In this document: in pieces, positions 1 through 7,585 of the stretch
Numbering within the stretch: the first letter of the stretch is position 1
Layout: every line of letters begins with the position of its first letter
Source: Candidatus Aenigmatarchaeota archaeon
GTDB lineage: Archaea; Aenigmatarchaeota; Aenigmatarchaeia; CG10238-14; SCSR01
Assembly (NCBI GenBank): GCA_039091335.1
Contig: JAWCME010000003.1
Span: 40,801-67,040, forward strand
DNA: 26,240 bases
Reading direction: 5' to 3'
Notes under the pieces: model-generated
What the model saw: the letters and a program-made list of their open reading frames with translations, nothing else
Database searches by the model: none
Told to the model about the DNA's origin: nothing
Program-made: the position numbers and the translations under genes

Positions 1-645
1 TCCGGTTGAAGGATTTACTGTAAACATAACTCCACTCTTCTCAGAATTTACCATTTTTTGAATTATCACTGCTATGCTTGCATGTCTAAAGCCATGTTTT
101 GCCCTATAGAAAATTGCCCTTGGTTCATACAAGCTTGCCCAACATTTTTTAATTGCATCAAGCAATTCTCTTATTCCTTTGATATTCAAAAAACTTGCTT
201 GCTGTCCTGCAAAGCTCGCTGTAGGCAAATCTTCTGTTGTTGCAGAACTTCTTACAGCAACTAAAGCATAGTCTTTTCCCGGTGGGATTAATGCAAGGGT
301 ATTTGGTATTTTAATTTTTCTTGGAGAAGAAATTTTGTTGTATGCATCTACAATTTCATTCCTCATTTCGATAACATATTCTGCCCCATTAATGATCTTT
401 TTGATTTTTTCGGAGGTCTCTAGAAGATTTTTCGTTTCATCAACATTACAAGAAATTATAAGCCTTTCTATTTCATCCTTAATTTTATTTTTTTCCAAAA
501 AATCCTCAAATGCCTTTGTTGTTATAACAAAACCTTCTGGTACAGGCATTCCTATGGAAATAAGCTCTCCAAGGTTTGCTCCCTTCCCACCAGCAATCAT
601 TCCTGAATCCTTTGACAACTCATCGAGCCAAATAATATATTTCAT
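1..645 (-). CDS. ppsA: Phosphoenolpyruvate synthase / PEP-pyruvate-binding domain protein, N-terminal part (runs off the window)
   Basis: Not in the ORF track. Manual translation from ATG at 645: MKYIIWLDELSKDSGMIAGGKGANLGEL...PVPEGFVITT...VAVRSSATTEDLPTASFAGQQASFLN...KCWASLYEPRAIFYR...IAVIIQKMVNSEKSGVMFTVNP, the hallmark ATP-grasp motifs of PEP synthase. The C-terminal domains are not visible, so it could be a standalone N-terminal domain protein. Confidence 0.85.
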   Translation of the reverse strand, partial: MKYIIWLDELSKDSGMIAGGKGANLGELISIGMPVPEGFVITTKAFEDFLEKNKIKDEIERLIISCNVDETKNLLETSEKIKKIINGAEYVIEMRNEIVDAYNKISSPRKIKIPNTLALIPPGKDYALVAVRSSATTEDLPTASFAGQQASFLNIKGIRELLDAIKKCWASLYEPRAIFYRAKHGFRHASIAVIIQKMVNSEKSGVMFTVNPSTG

Positions 646-682
646 AAAAAAATTATTGAAAAAAGAAAATAATAAGATTAAC

Positions 683-1195
683 TCACTCTTCAATCTCTAT
701 TCTAGTTGGAGTAGGAAGTTTAAGAGCAGCCTTCTTAAGAGCTTCCTTTCCAATTTTAATATTTGTCTTCCTTATGCTTAACATCATAATCCTTTCTCCT
801 TCTTTAACCTGAGCTGATGGTAGTGATGGTTTTCCAAATGCAAGCCTCATTCCCTGAGAATATCTGTCTGCCCCAGCACCCGTTGCTATTGGTTTTTCTC
901 TAACAACATGATGTGGGTAGAGCAAGACCTTGAAAAAATAGTTTGAACCAAGTTTTGATTGAAGATATTTTTGTGCTACTACACGGGCTGCTTCTAATGC
1001 ATTACTCCTTATTTGGACTCCATTTTTAGCAATTAAGAAAAGGTTTAAATCGTATTCTCCTTTTGTTCCCATCTCGAACATATGAATTTTGGGGCTTGGT
1101 ACACCTACTACATAACTTTTTCTTGGTATTTTATAACTTTTTCTTGTATATGGTCTTTCCAATCTTCTAGTCGTTCTTCCTGGTCTTAATCCCAT
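683..1195 (-). CDS. rpl10e: 50S ribosomal protein uL16 (archaeal L10e)
   Basis: MGLRPGR start, QIRSNALEAARV, YPHHVVRE, GAGADRYSQGMRLAFGKP, KEALKKAALKLP motifs typical of L10e. Confidence 0.96.
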   Translation of the reverse strand: MGLRPGRTTRRLERPYTRKSYKIPRKSYVVGVPSPKIHMFEMGTKGEYDLNLFLIAKNGVQIRSNALEAARVVAQKYLQSKLGSNYFFKVLLYPHHVVREKPIATGAGADRYSQGMRLAFGKPSLPSAQVKEGERIMMLSIRKTNIKIGKEALKKAALKLPTPTRIEIEE

Positions 1196-1235
1196 AATAC
1201 CACTAAAAAATTATTCTTAAGAATATATTTATGTT

Positions 1236-3035
1236 TTAATTAAAACTTTTTTCTAAAGCAATTTTTTCGCTAAATTCTTTTCTTTGTTTGAATTCTTCCT
1301 GTTTTCCTTCATTCCAGTTTTGTACTGGCCTGTAATATCCTACAACCCTAGAATAAACATCGCAACTTGAATTACAAATTGGGCATTTAAATTGTTCTCC
1401 CTTGAGATAACCATGATTCGGACAAATACTATAAGTGGGTGTAATTGTAATATAAGGAAGTCTTGTGTTTGAGAATATTTTTTTTAATAATGATTTGCAA
1501 GCGTCTCCTGAACTCATTCTTTCTCCAAGGAAAATGTGTAATACTGTACCACCAGTATACAAAACTTGAATATCTTCTTGGTGTTTAATTGCAAATATAA
1601 TGTCATCAGTAAAATTTACTGGTAGTTGAGTCGAGGAAGTATAATACGGAACTTCTTTTCCTGCTGTGATAATCTTCGGATATTTTTTCTTGTCTTTAAG
1701 AGCCAAATTATAGCTAGTTCCTTCTGCCGGAGTTGCCTCTAAATTATACAAATTTCCTGTTTCTTTTTGGAATTCTACTAGCTTTTTAAGCATAAATTCT
1801 AATGTTTTTATTGCAAATTTTTTTCCTTCTGGGTGTGCTATGCTCAATCCTAAAAAGTTTAAGCAAGCTTCGTTCATGCCTATTAACCCAATCGTAGAAA
1901 AATGGTTTTCTAAGCTTCCCAAGTAGAATTTAGTGTAAGGTAACAACCCATTTTCCATGTTTTTTGTAACAATCTTTCTCTTTATTTCCAAACTTTTCTT
2001 TGCTGTTTCCATAGCCTCAGAAAGCCTTTCAAAAAATTGAGATTCATTTCTAGATAAATATCCTATTCTTGGCATGTTTATAGTTACAACACCTATTGAC
2101 CCTGTATTTACAGAAGATCCAAAAAGTCCTCCTGTAATATTTCTTTGAAGCTGTGTTAAGTCAAGCCTCAATCTACAACAAAGGCTTCTTATATCGCTTG
2201 GCTTTAAATCGCTATTTATAAAATTTGCAAAATACGGAAGACCAAGTTTTGCAGTCATCTCAAAAAGCAAATCTGAATTCTCAGAATCCCAGTCCCAGTT
2301 TTTTGTTATGTTGTAAGTAGGAATTGGAAAGGTAAAAATTCTTCCTTCGTTTGATTCTTCTAACATAACCTCAATAAAGGCCTTGTTGATCATGTCCATC
2401 TCATCCTGATAATCAGAATATGTTTCTTTTAATTCCTTTCCCCCAACTATTGATTTTCTTTCCCTCAAATCTTCTGGTACACTCCAGTCAAGAGTTATGT
2501 TTGAAAATGGGCTTTGTCCTCCCCATCGTGCTGTAACATTTAAACCATATATAAATTCTTGGATGCTTTGCTTTACTTGCTTGTAATTTAGTTTATCTGA
2601 CCTTACAAAAGGTGCCATAAAAGTATCGAAGCTGTTAAATGCTTGTGCACCGGCAGCTTCATTCTGAATTATTCCAACAAAGTTTACAAGCTGGTGAAGC
2701 GCAACATTTAAGTGTTTTGGTGGCCTGGTAGAAAGTCTTCCACCTATTCCACTTAACCCCCTTAGCAGGATATAAGACAAATCCCATCCCATACAATAGG
2801 GCACAATTCCCATGTAAAGGTTGTGAATATGAATGTCTCCTTCTACATGCGCCTTAGAAATTTCTTTGGGGTATATCCTTGTTAAAATATATTTTGAAAT
2901 TACTTCTCCTGCAAGCCTAAAGAAAACATTTGAAAAAGAAAAGGTTATGTTAGCATTCTCCTTTGTCCTCCAGTCTGTTTTCTTTAAAAACCCTTCTGTT
3001 GTCTTTACCACATCTAAATATCTTTCTTTCTTCAC
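1236..3035 (-). CDS. nrdD: Anaerobic (class III) ribonucleoside-triphosphate reductase, copy 2, no N-terminal ATP cone
   Basis: DWRTKENAN, HVEGDIHIHNL, PYCMGW, FTFPIPTYN, SLCCRL finger loop, YNLEATPAEG, YTGGTVLH, CPNH..CPIC metal site, YSRVVGYYRP glycyl-radical motif. GTG start overlaps the nrdG stop by 1 nt. Confidence 0.95.
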   Translation of the reverse strand: MKKERYLDVVKTTEGFLKKTDWRTKENANITFSFSNVFFRLAGEVISKYILTRIYPKEISKAHVEGDIHIHNLYMGIVPYCMGWDLSYILLRGLSGIGGRLSTRPPKHLNVALHQLVNFVGIIQNEAAGAQAFNSFDTFMAPFVRSDKLNYKQVKQSIQEFIYGLNVTARWGGQSPFSNITLDWSVPEDLRERKSIVGGKELKETYSDYQDEMDMINKAFIEVMLEESNEGRIFTFPIPTYNITKNWDWDSENSDLLFEMTAKLGLPYFANFINSDLKPSDIRSLCCRLRLDLTQLQRNITGGLFGSSVNTGSIGVVTINMPRIGYLSRNESQFFERLSEAMETAKKSLEIKRKIVTKNMENGLLPYTKFYLGSLENHFSTIGLIGMNEACLNFLGLSIAHPEGKKFAIKTLEFMLKKLVEFQKETGNLYNLEATPAEGTSYNLALKDKKKYPKIITAGKEVPYYTSSTQLPVNFTDDIIFAIKHQEDIQVLYTGGTVLHIFLGERMSSGDACKSLLKKIFSNTRLPYITITPTYSICPNHGYLKGEQFKCPICNSSCDVYSRVVGYYRPVQNWNEGKQEEFKQRKEFSEKIALEKSFN

Positions 3036-3730
3036 TATGTTCCCCTTATTTCCACATTTTCAATAAACTTCTTCAAAATTTCTCTAAATTCGTCCAAATC
3101 TTCTAATGAATATGGTTTCTCATTTTGAAATTTTTTGTCTAAAGTTTTTCCTGGTCTGAACTGTTGAATGAAAAATTTCTTTGAACCTTTTAACCATACT
3201 CCTATTTTTTCCATATCCCTCTTTTTTAAAAGTGTTGGCAATACAGTTGTCCTGAATTCATAGTCTATTCCACTACTTCTAATAATATCAATACTTTTCT
3301 TTATATCCTCTTTGTTTACTTTAACCCTTGCAACATCTTCATATTTCTCTAAGGGAGCTTTTATGTCCATGGCTATATAATCTATTGTTTTTTCTTCTAT
3401 AAGCTCTTTCAGCATTTTTGGATTTGTGCCGTTTGTGTCTAGTTTGACTAAAAAACCAAGTTCTTTAATTTTTTTTATAAAGGCCGGCAGGTCTTGATGT
3501 ATACAAGGCTCTCCACCCGTTAAAACTACTCCCTCTATCCAGTCTTTGTTTAATTTTAAATGTTCAAATATTTCGTCTTCGCTTATGATTTCAAGTTCTT
3601 CACTATCATTAACAAGCTCTACATTATAGCAATACGGACATCGAAAGTTACATCTTGGTAAAAAAACTATTGAAGCTATTTTCCCGGGATAATCAATTAG
3701 GGTTGTTGGAATGTATCCTTTAATAATCAA
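3035..3730 (-). CDS. nrdG: Anaerobic ribonucleotide reductase activating enzyme (radical SAM)
   Basis: CNFRCPYCYN (CxxxCxxC), LTGGEP, KLDTNG, AMDIKAP, YEFRTT; lies between two nrdD genes. TTG start preceded by AAGTGA at 4-nt spacing. Confidence 0.93.
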   Translation of the reverse strand: MIIKGYIPTTLIDYPGKIASIVFLPRCNFRCPYCYNVELVNDSEELEIISEDEIFEHLKLNKDWIEGVVLTGGEPCIHQDLPAFIKKIKELGFLVKLDTNGTNPKMLKELIEEKTIDYIAMDIKAPLEKYEDVARVKVNKEDIKKSIDIIRSSGIDYEFRTTVLPTLLKKRDMEKIGVWLKGSKKFFIQQFRPGKTLDKKFQNEKPYSLEDLDEFREILKKFIENVEIRGT

Positions 3731-3734
3731 AAAA

Positions 3735-3995
3735 TCACTTGAAAAAATTCTTTATTTCTTCCTTTTTCGGTGTATTTCCACGCCATGAAGCTATCTCTTT
3801 GTTACCATTTACTATTATTACTGACGGAGTTGAAAGAACATTAAAAAAGGATGCCTCTGCTAATCCATCAACCTCTTTAACATTATAAAACTCAACATTT
3901 ATACCATCTTTTTTTAAATCTTCTCCAAGTTTTTTTGCTTTTGGGCAGTAAGGACAATTTGGCTGCCAAAAAATCTTCACAATCATTTTGACCAA
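3735..3995 (-). CDS. Thioredoxin/glutaredoxin-like (NrdH-like) redoxin
   Basis: CPYC active site and NVLSTPSVII cis-Pro motif; abuts the nrdD stop. The true start may be ATG at 3986. Confidence 0.88.
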   Translation of the reverse strand: MVKMIVKIFWQPNCPYCPKAKKLGEDLKKDGINVEFYNVKEVDGLAEASFFNVLSTPSVIIVNGNKEIASWRGNTPKKEEIKNFFK

Positions 3996-6665
3996 TCACT
4001 CTATTGAAATCTTATCAGGCAATTTATAATTTCCTCTTTGCCTGTCTTTAAACTCAGCTTTTTTTCCTTGATTCCAGTTATTAATTATAGTATAATATCC
4101 AACAACACGACTCATCCCAACAACATTTTTACTTCCACACTTAGGACATCTTGCTTCTTCCATCTTTTCACCTCCATCCTCTGCAAGTGTAGGATGAGCA
4201 AATCTTTTATATCCTCTAGAAACAGAATGACAATCATAACATATTGTAAACTCTGGAGAAATTGTTATTTGTGCGCTTTGGGTTTTTTCCCATACGTTTT
4301 TGACTAAAGAAAAAATTGCTTCTGGGTCTGGTTTTTGTTCTCCAAGGAAAACATGTGTTATTGCCCCTGCCTCTGTGAGTGGGTTAAATTTGGATTGTCC
4401 AACTATTCTTTGAATGATATCAATTGGAGCATCTGGAGAAAAGTGTATGCTGTTTGTGTAATACACTTCTAACGTTTCCTTATTACCCCTTACGTAATCC
4501 TTTGCAAATGGAAACATTCTTAGGTCTATTCTTGCAAGCCTTAAGGAAGAGCTTTCTGCTGGTGTTTCTTCCAAACAAACTTTTAAGCCATATTCTTTTT
4601 CAAATTCCTTTGTTTTTAAGTACATTGCAGAAATTATCTTTAACCCAGTTTTATACGCGTCCTCGCTTTCATGTAATTCTTTACCTATTATGTATTTTAC
4701 ACATTCGTTTAGTCCTACCAATCCAATTATGTAAGTTGCCTTATCAAGCTCTATGTAAGGCTTTCCGTCAAAGGCTTTCATACCGACCTGCCACATCGGA
4801 CCTCCTGGTTCCATAAGCTTTTCCACCCATTTTTTCTTTTGTAGATGAGCTTTCATCGCAATTTCCATTGCCTTATAAATTTCCTCTATCGTTTTTTCCA
4901 CATTTCCGTGCATCGGTTTTCCTGATCTGTACGCTGCTTGTGGAAGATTTATAGTAACATTTTGAAAACCACAAAACCTTTGAGACTCTGGATGAGTTAT
5001 CATATTCATGTCAGTAATTTTTGTTCTAAGTCTACAACACTGGGCAAGATGAGCTCCCTCACCCCTATCAAACACGAAGTATGGAGTACCATTTTCGCTT
5101 GCTATTAAGCATGCGTACTTTAATAAATCTAGCTGTACTTTGTCCTCAAAACATTTTTGGTCTATGTGCAAATCACATTTCGGAAAAGGAAAAGGCTTTC
5201 CTTCAGCATCACCTTCTCTCCATACATCGAGTAATGCCCTTGCAAAAATTTGTGCTTCCTTTTCAAAATCACCATATGTTAAAACTTTCCCGTTTTTTGG
5301 ATGAAGGGCATAGCCTTCCTTATCCCTTGGAACTTCATTCACATATTCTATATCGTCTCCTTTTTTTATCATATACTTTCCCCCTGCTCCAATTGCAGGA
5401 ACATTTTTAAGATAGTCTGGAACTCCAAGATGGATGTTAAAATCTATGAAAAGGGTTTGCCCTCCCCTTGAAAATGCGTTCTGGGAGCAGGAAAAAATTA
5501 GGTATTGCGCTACTTGTTTTATTTCCCTGTAGCTCATACCTCTTAACAATGGGGCAAAAAATATGTTTAAGAATCCAATACCGAGTGCTCCGGCATAGTA
5601 TGCTTGCATAGATGCAAGGAAAGTATTCAAATGACCGACAAGTGTCGAAGCATGCTTCGCTGGAGTAGAGGAAGTCGCAAGGTTTAAAAGTTTCAAACCA
5701 TACTTCTTTATGTATTCTAAGCTGTGAGCAGAGCAATATACCCTTGTTGGAAACCCTAAGTTATGTATGTGAATCATGCCAGATAAGTGCGCTTCCCTCA
5801 CATCTTTACTAAAAACTTCTTTCAGTGCGAATTGCTTTAAAGAATTTTCAGCAAGAGCAAGGTTTACTGCCTCTGGATTATTGTGAGCAATATTAGCATT
5901 TTCAAGAGTTTTGTTAAAAATTACCTCCCTTATGTTAACAGCAGGCATTCCGATTATCTCTTGAACCTCTAGCTTTTTCTGATACCCCCTAACAAAAAGC
6001 TCATTATTCACAAGCTCTCTTATTAGTCCAACAGAAATTGTTCTTATTCCAGAAGAAAAAACTTTTTTTTCAACAGCTATAGCAATATCTTCTGCATCTT
6101 CGCTAGATATTCCTGTCTCTCTAATCAATGCGTTTTTAATTTTGTTCCTATCCCAGGGCGAAAATTCTCTTGGTGTTGAGACAAGCAAGGATATTTCGGT
6201 CGAGTCCGGTTTTCTCTCGCCAACAACCCTAAGCTTTCTAAGCTCTTTCTCAAAAGATTCTATGTCTGTGAAATGTTTGTAGTATGAAGCAAATCTTACA
6301 TAAGCAACTTCATCTATACTTCTTAGTTTTTCCATCACAAGGTCTCCTATTAGTTTTGTTTTTATTTCCTTCTTTCCAAGACTTCTTAGCTTTTCCTCTA
6401 TCTCATTTACTACCCTTTCTATCGTCTTTAAACTTATCGGTCTTTTCTCGCATGCTTTTATTATACTTGTTTTTAGCTTATTCCTGTCAAACTTCTCTCT
6501 TCTACCATCCTTTTTTATAACAATAAAATCAGTTGTCTCTATAATTTCATAAGTAGTAAACCTTTTTCCGCATTTTAAGCATTCCCTTCTTCTCCTGTTT
6601 TTTCCTTCACTAAACCTTTTGTCTATAACCTTTGTTTTTGCAGAAGAACAGTATGGACACCTTAT
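3996..6665 (-). CDS. nrdD: NrdR-NrdD fusion: transcriptional repressor NrdR (approx. 6231-6665) fused to an ATP-cone class III ribonucleotide reductase; about 889 aa
   Basis: The 780-aa ORF is open for 109 more codons upstream: (I)RCPYCSSAKTKVIDKRFSEGKNRRRRECLKCGKRFTTYE...VIKKDGRREKFDRNKL...KACEKRP...IGDLVMEKLRSIDEVAYVRFASYY is a complete NrdR. It continues without a stop into WDRNKIKNALIRET (second ATP cone), HIHNLG, YCSAHSLEY, AQCCRL, LEETPAES, CYDC..CPKC and SRVVGYY. The ATA start at 6665 is inferred. Confidence 0.9.
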   Translation of the reverse strand: MRCPYCSSAKTKVIDKRFSEGKNRRRRECLKCGKRFTTYEIIETTDFIVIKKDGRREKFDRNKLKTSIIKACEKRPISLKTIERVVNEIEEKLRSLGKKEIKTKLIGDLVMEKLRSIDEVAYVRFASYYKHFTDIESFEKELRKLRVVGERKPDSTEISLLVSTPREFSPWDRNKIKNALIRETGISSEDAEDIAIAVEKKVFSSGIRTISVGLIRELVNNELFVRGYQKKLEVQEIIGMPAVNIREVIFNKTLENANIAHNNPEAVNLALAENSLKQFALKEVFSKDVREAHLSGMIHIHNLGFPTRVYCSAHSLEYIKKYGLKLLNLATSSTPAKHASTLVGHLNTFLASMQAYYAGALGIGFLNIFFAPLLRGMSYREIKQVAQYLIFSCSQNAFSRGGQTLFIDFNIHLGVPDYLKNVPAIGAGGKYMIKKGDDIEYVNEVPRDKEGYALHPKNGKVLTYGDFEKEAQIFARALLDVWREGDAEGKPFPFPKCDLHIDQKCFEDKVQLDLLKYACLIASENGTPYFVFDRGEGAHLAQCCRLRTKITDMNMITHPESQRFCGFQNVTINLPQAAYRSGKPMHGNVEKTIEEIYKAMEIAMKAHLQKKKWVEKLMEPGGPMWQVGMKAFDGKPYIELDKATYIIGLVGLNECVKYIIGKELHESEDAYKTGLKIISAMYLKTKEFEKEYGLKVCLEETPAESSSLRLARIDLRMFPFAKDYVRGNKETLEVYYTNSIHFSPDAPIDIIQRIVGQSKFNPLTEAGAITHVFLGEQKPDPEAIFSLVKNVWEKTQSAQITISPEFTICYDCHSVSRGYKRFAHPTLAEDGGEKMEEARCPKCGSKNVVGMSRVVGYYTIINNWNQGKKAEFKDRQRGNYKLPDKISIE
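4161..4175 (-). promoter_or_regulatory. Candidate internal ribosome-binding site and in-frame ATG within nrdD
   Basis: Minus strand reads GGAGGTGA-AAAG-ATG, in frame with nrdD, with the same 4-nt spacing seen at several real starts in this window. Confidence 0.45.
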
Positions 6666-6679
6666 TTTTATCGCCCCGG

Positions 6680-6695
6680 ATACAATATATTGTGT
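6680..6695. promoter_or_regulatory. NrdR box (operator)
   Basis: Minus strand ACACAATATATTGTAT matches the NrdR-box consensus acaCwAtATaTwGtgt at 15 of 16 positions, 14 nt upstream of the nrdR-nrdD start. Confidence 0.85.
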
Positions 6696-6711
6696 TCTAA
6701 ATTTTATTTAA

Positions 6712-6727
6712 ACACAATTTATAAAAC
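6712..6727. promoter_or_regulatory. Degenerate second NrdR box, overlapping candidate TATA elements
   Basis: ACACAATTTATAAAAC (11 of 16 match), offset 32 bp from the first box, similar to the tandem spacing known for NrdR boxes. TATA-like TTTAAATA (minus, 6705-6712) and TTTATAAA (6718-6725) are adjacent or overlapping. Confidence 0.45.
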
Positions 6728-6759
6728 AAATATAGTTACTTATTAATATTTTTTTCTAT

Positions 6760-6783
6760 AAAACAAAACAAACAAAAGAAAAC
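6760..6783 (-). terminator. Possible oligo-T archaeal terminator after the ferredoxin gene
   Basis: Minus strand T-tract TTTTCTTTTGTTTGTTTTGTTTT about 40 nt past the ferredoxin stop. Confidence 0.3.
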
Positions 6784-6819
6784 ATATCTTTTAATCTGTA
6801 ATACTCCTTTAGTAAAGAA

Positions 6820-7005
6820 TTAACTGAGCGTTATTGCTTGTGCCGGACAAGATTTTACTGCCTCCTTACAGTTTACTTTGTTGCTCATCTTTGGGTTTTT
6901 AACAACAGCCTTTCCGTCTCCTCCTATTTTAAAAACCTCTGGGCATATTGATGCGCAAAGCCCACATCCAATACATTTCTCCTTATCTATTTTAGGTATT
7001 AACAA
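6820..7005 (-). CDS. Monocluster [4Fe-4S] ferredoxin (61 aa)
   Basis: CIGCGLCASICP and KSCPAQAI. Start reassigned to TTG at 7005, which follows GAGGTGA (containing the iorB stop) by 4 nt. Confidence 0.9.
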   Translation of the reverse strand: MLIPKIDKEKCIGCGLCASICPEVFKIGGDGKAVVKNPKMSNKVNCKEAVKSCPAQAITLS

Positions 7006-7009
7006 AGCA

Positions 7010-7585
7010 TCACCTCGACCCAAGTTCAAAAATTTTTTTGTTCATTTCAAAAAATTTCTCGGGGATAATTATCTTCATTGCTTCAAAAATATAATTTTTT
7101 TCAATAGGAATCAGTCCTTTAGAACAGGCAAATCCGAGCAAATATATGTTTGTTGGTGTAGATGTTCCGGTTTCTCTTTTAACTATTTCGCATGCGTTCA
7201 ATACAATAACTTCTTCTGAAAACCTTTTCAAATCCTCTTTTATTCTTTCTAATTTAGGATATTCGTTCGAATATGGTTGTATTACATTATTATCTACAAT
7301 AAATCTTGTCTTGTTTTCTTTTGAAGCATAATAGCATGCTCTTAATGTTTCCAATAACTCTAAACCAACAATAAGGTTTGCGCTACCTTGTAAGACGAGG
7401 GGAGAATAAATTTTTTCTCCAAATCTCACATGTGATTGAACAGAGCCCCCTCTTTGAGCTAGCCCGTGAATTTCAGAAGTTTTGACTTCAAACCCCTGAA
7501 GGAGAGCCGCCTCTGACAAAATGTTTTGTAATGTAATTATTCCCTGTCCGCCAACTCCAACAATAACTATATTATATTCTTTCAT
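7010..7585 (-). CDS. iorB: Indolepyruvate:ferredoxin oxidoreductase beta subunit
   Basis: VGVGGQGI, SEIHGLAQRGGSVQSHVRFG, N-x-x-LLG, MNKKIFELG. Start reassigned to ATG at 7585 (ATGA overlap with the iorA stop). Confidence 0.92.
   Translation of the reverse strand: MKEYNIVIVGVGGQGIITLQNILSEAALLQGFEVKTSEIHGLAQRGGSVQSHVRFGEKIYSPLVLQGSANLIVGLELLETLRACYYASKENKTRFIVDNNVIQPYSNEYPKLERIKEDLKRFSEEVIVLNACEIVKRETGTSTPTNIYLLGFACSKGLIPIEKNYIFEAMKIIIPEKFFEMNKKIFELGSR

Noticed and set aside
58..781. Plus-strand ORFs 58-264 and 335-781
   Set aside because: Antisense shadows of the ppsA-like gene and rpl10e, which have clear motifs on the minus strand.
1236..6665. Inteins or introns in the RNR genes
   Set aside because: Both frames are continuous, lengths are accounted for by known domains, and no C/S...HN-C/S/T splice junction or homing-endonuclease motif was seen.
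6723..6737. Third NrdR-box-like string AAAACAAATATAGTT
   Set aside because: The C-to-G spacing is one base short of the consensus; likely chance in AT-rich DNA.
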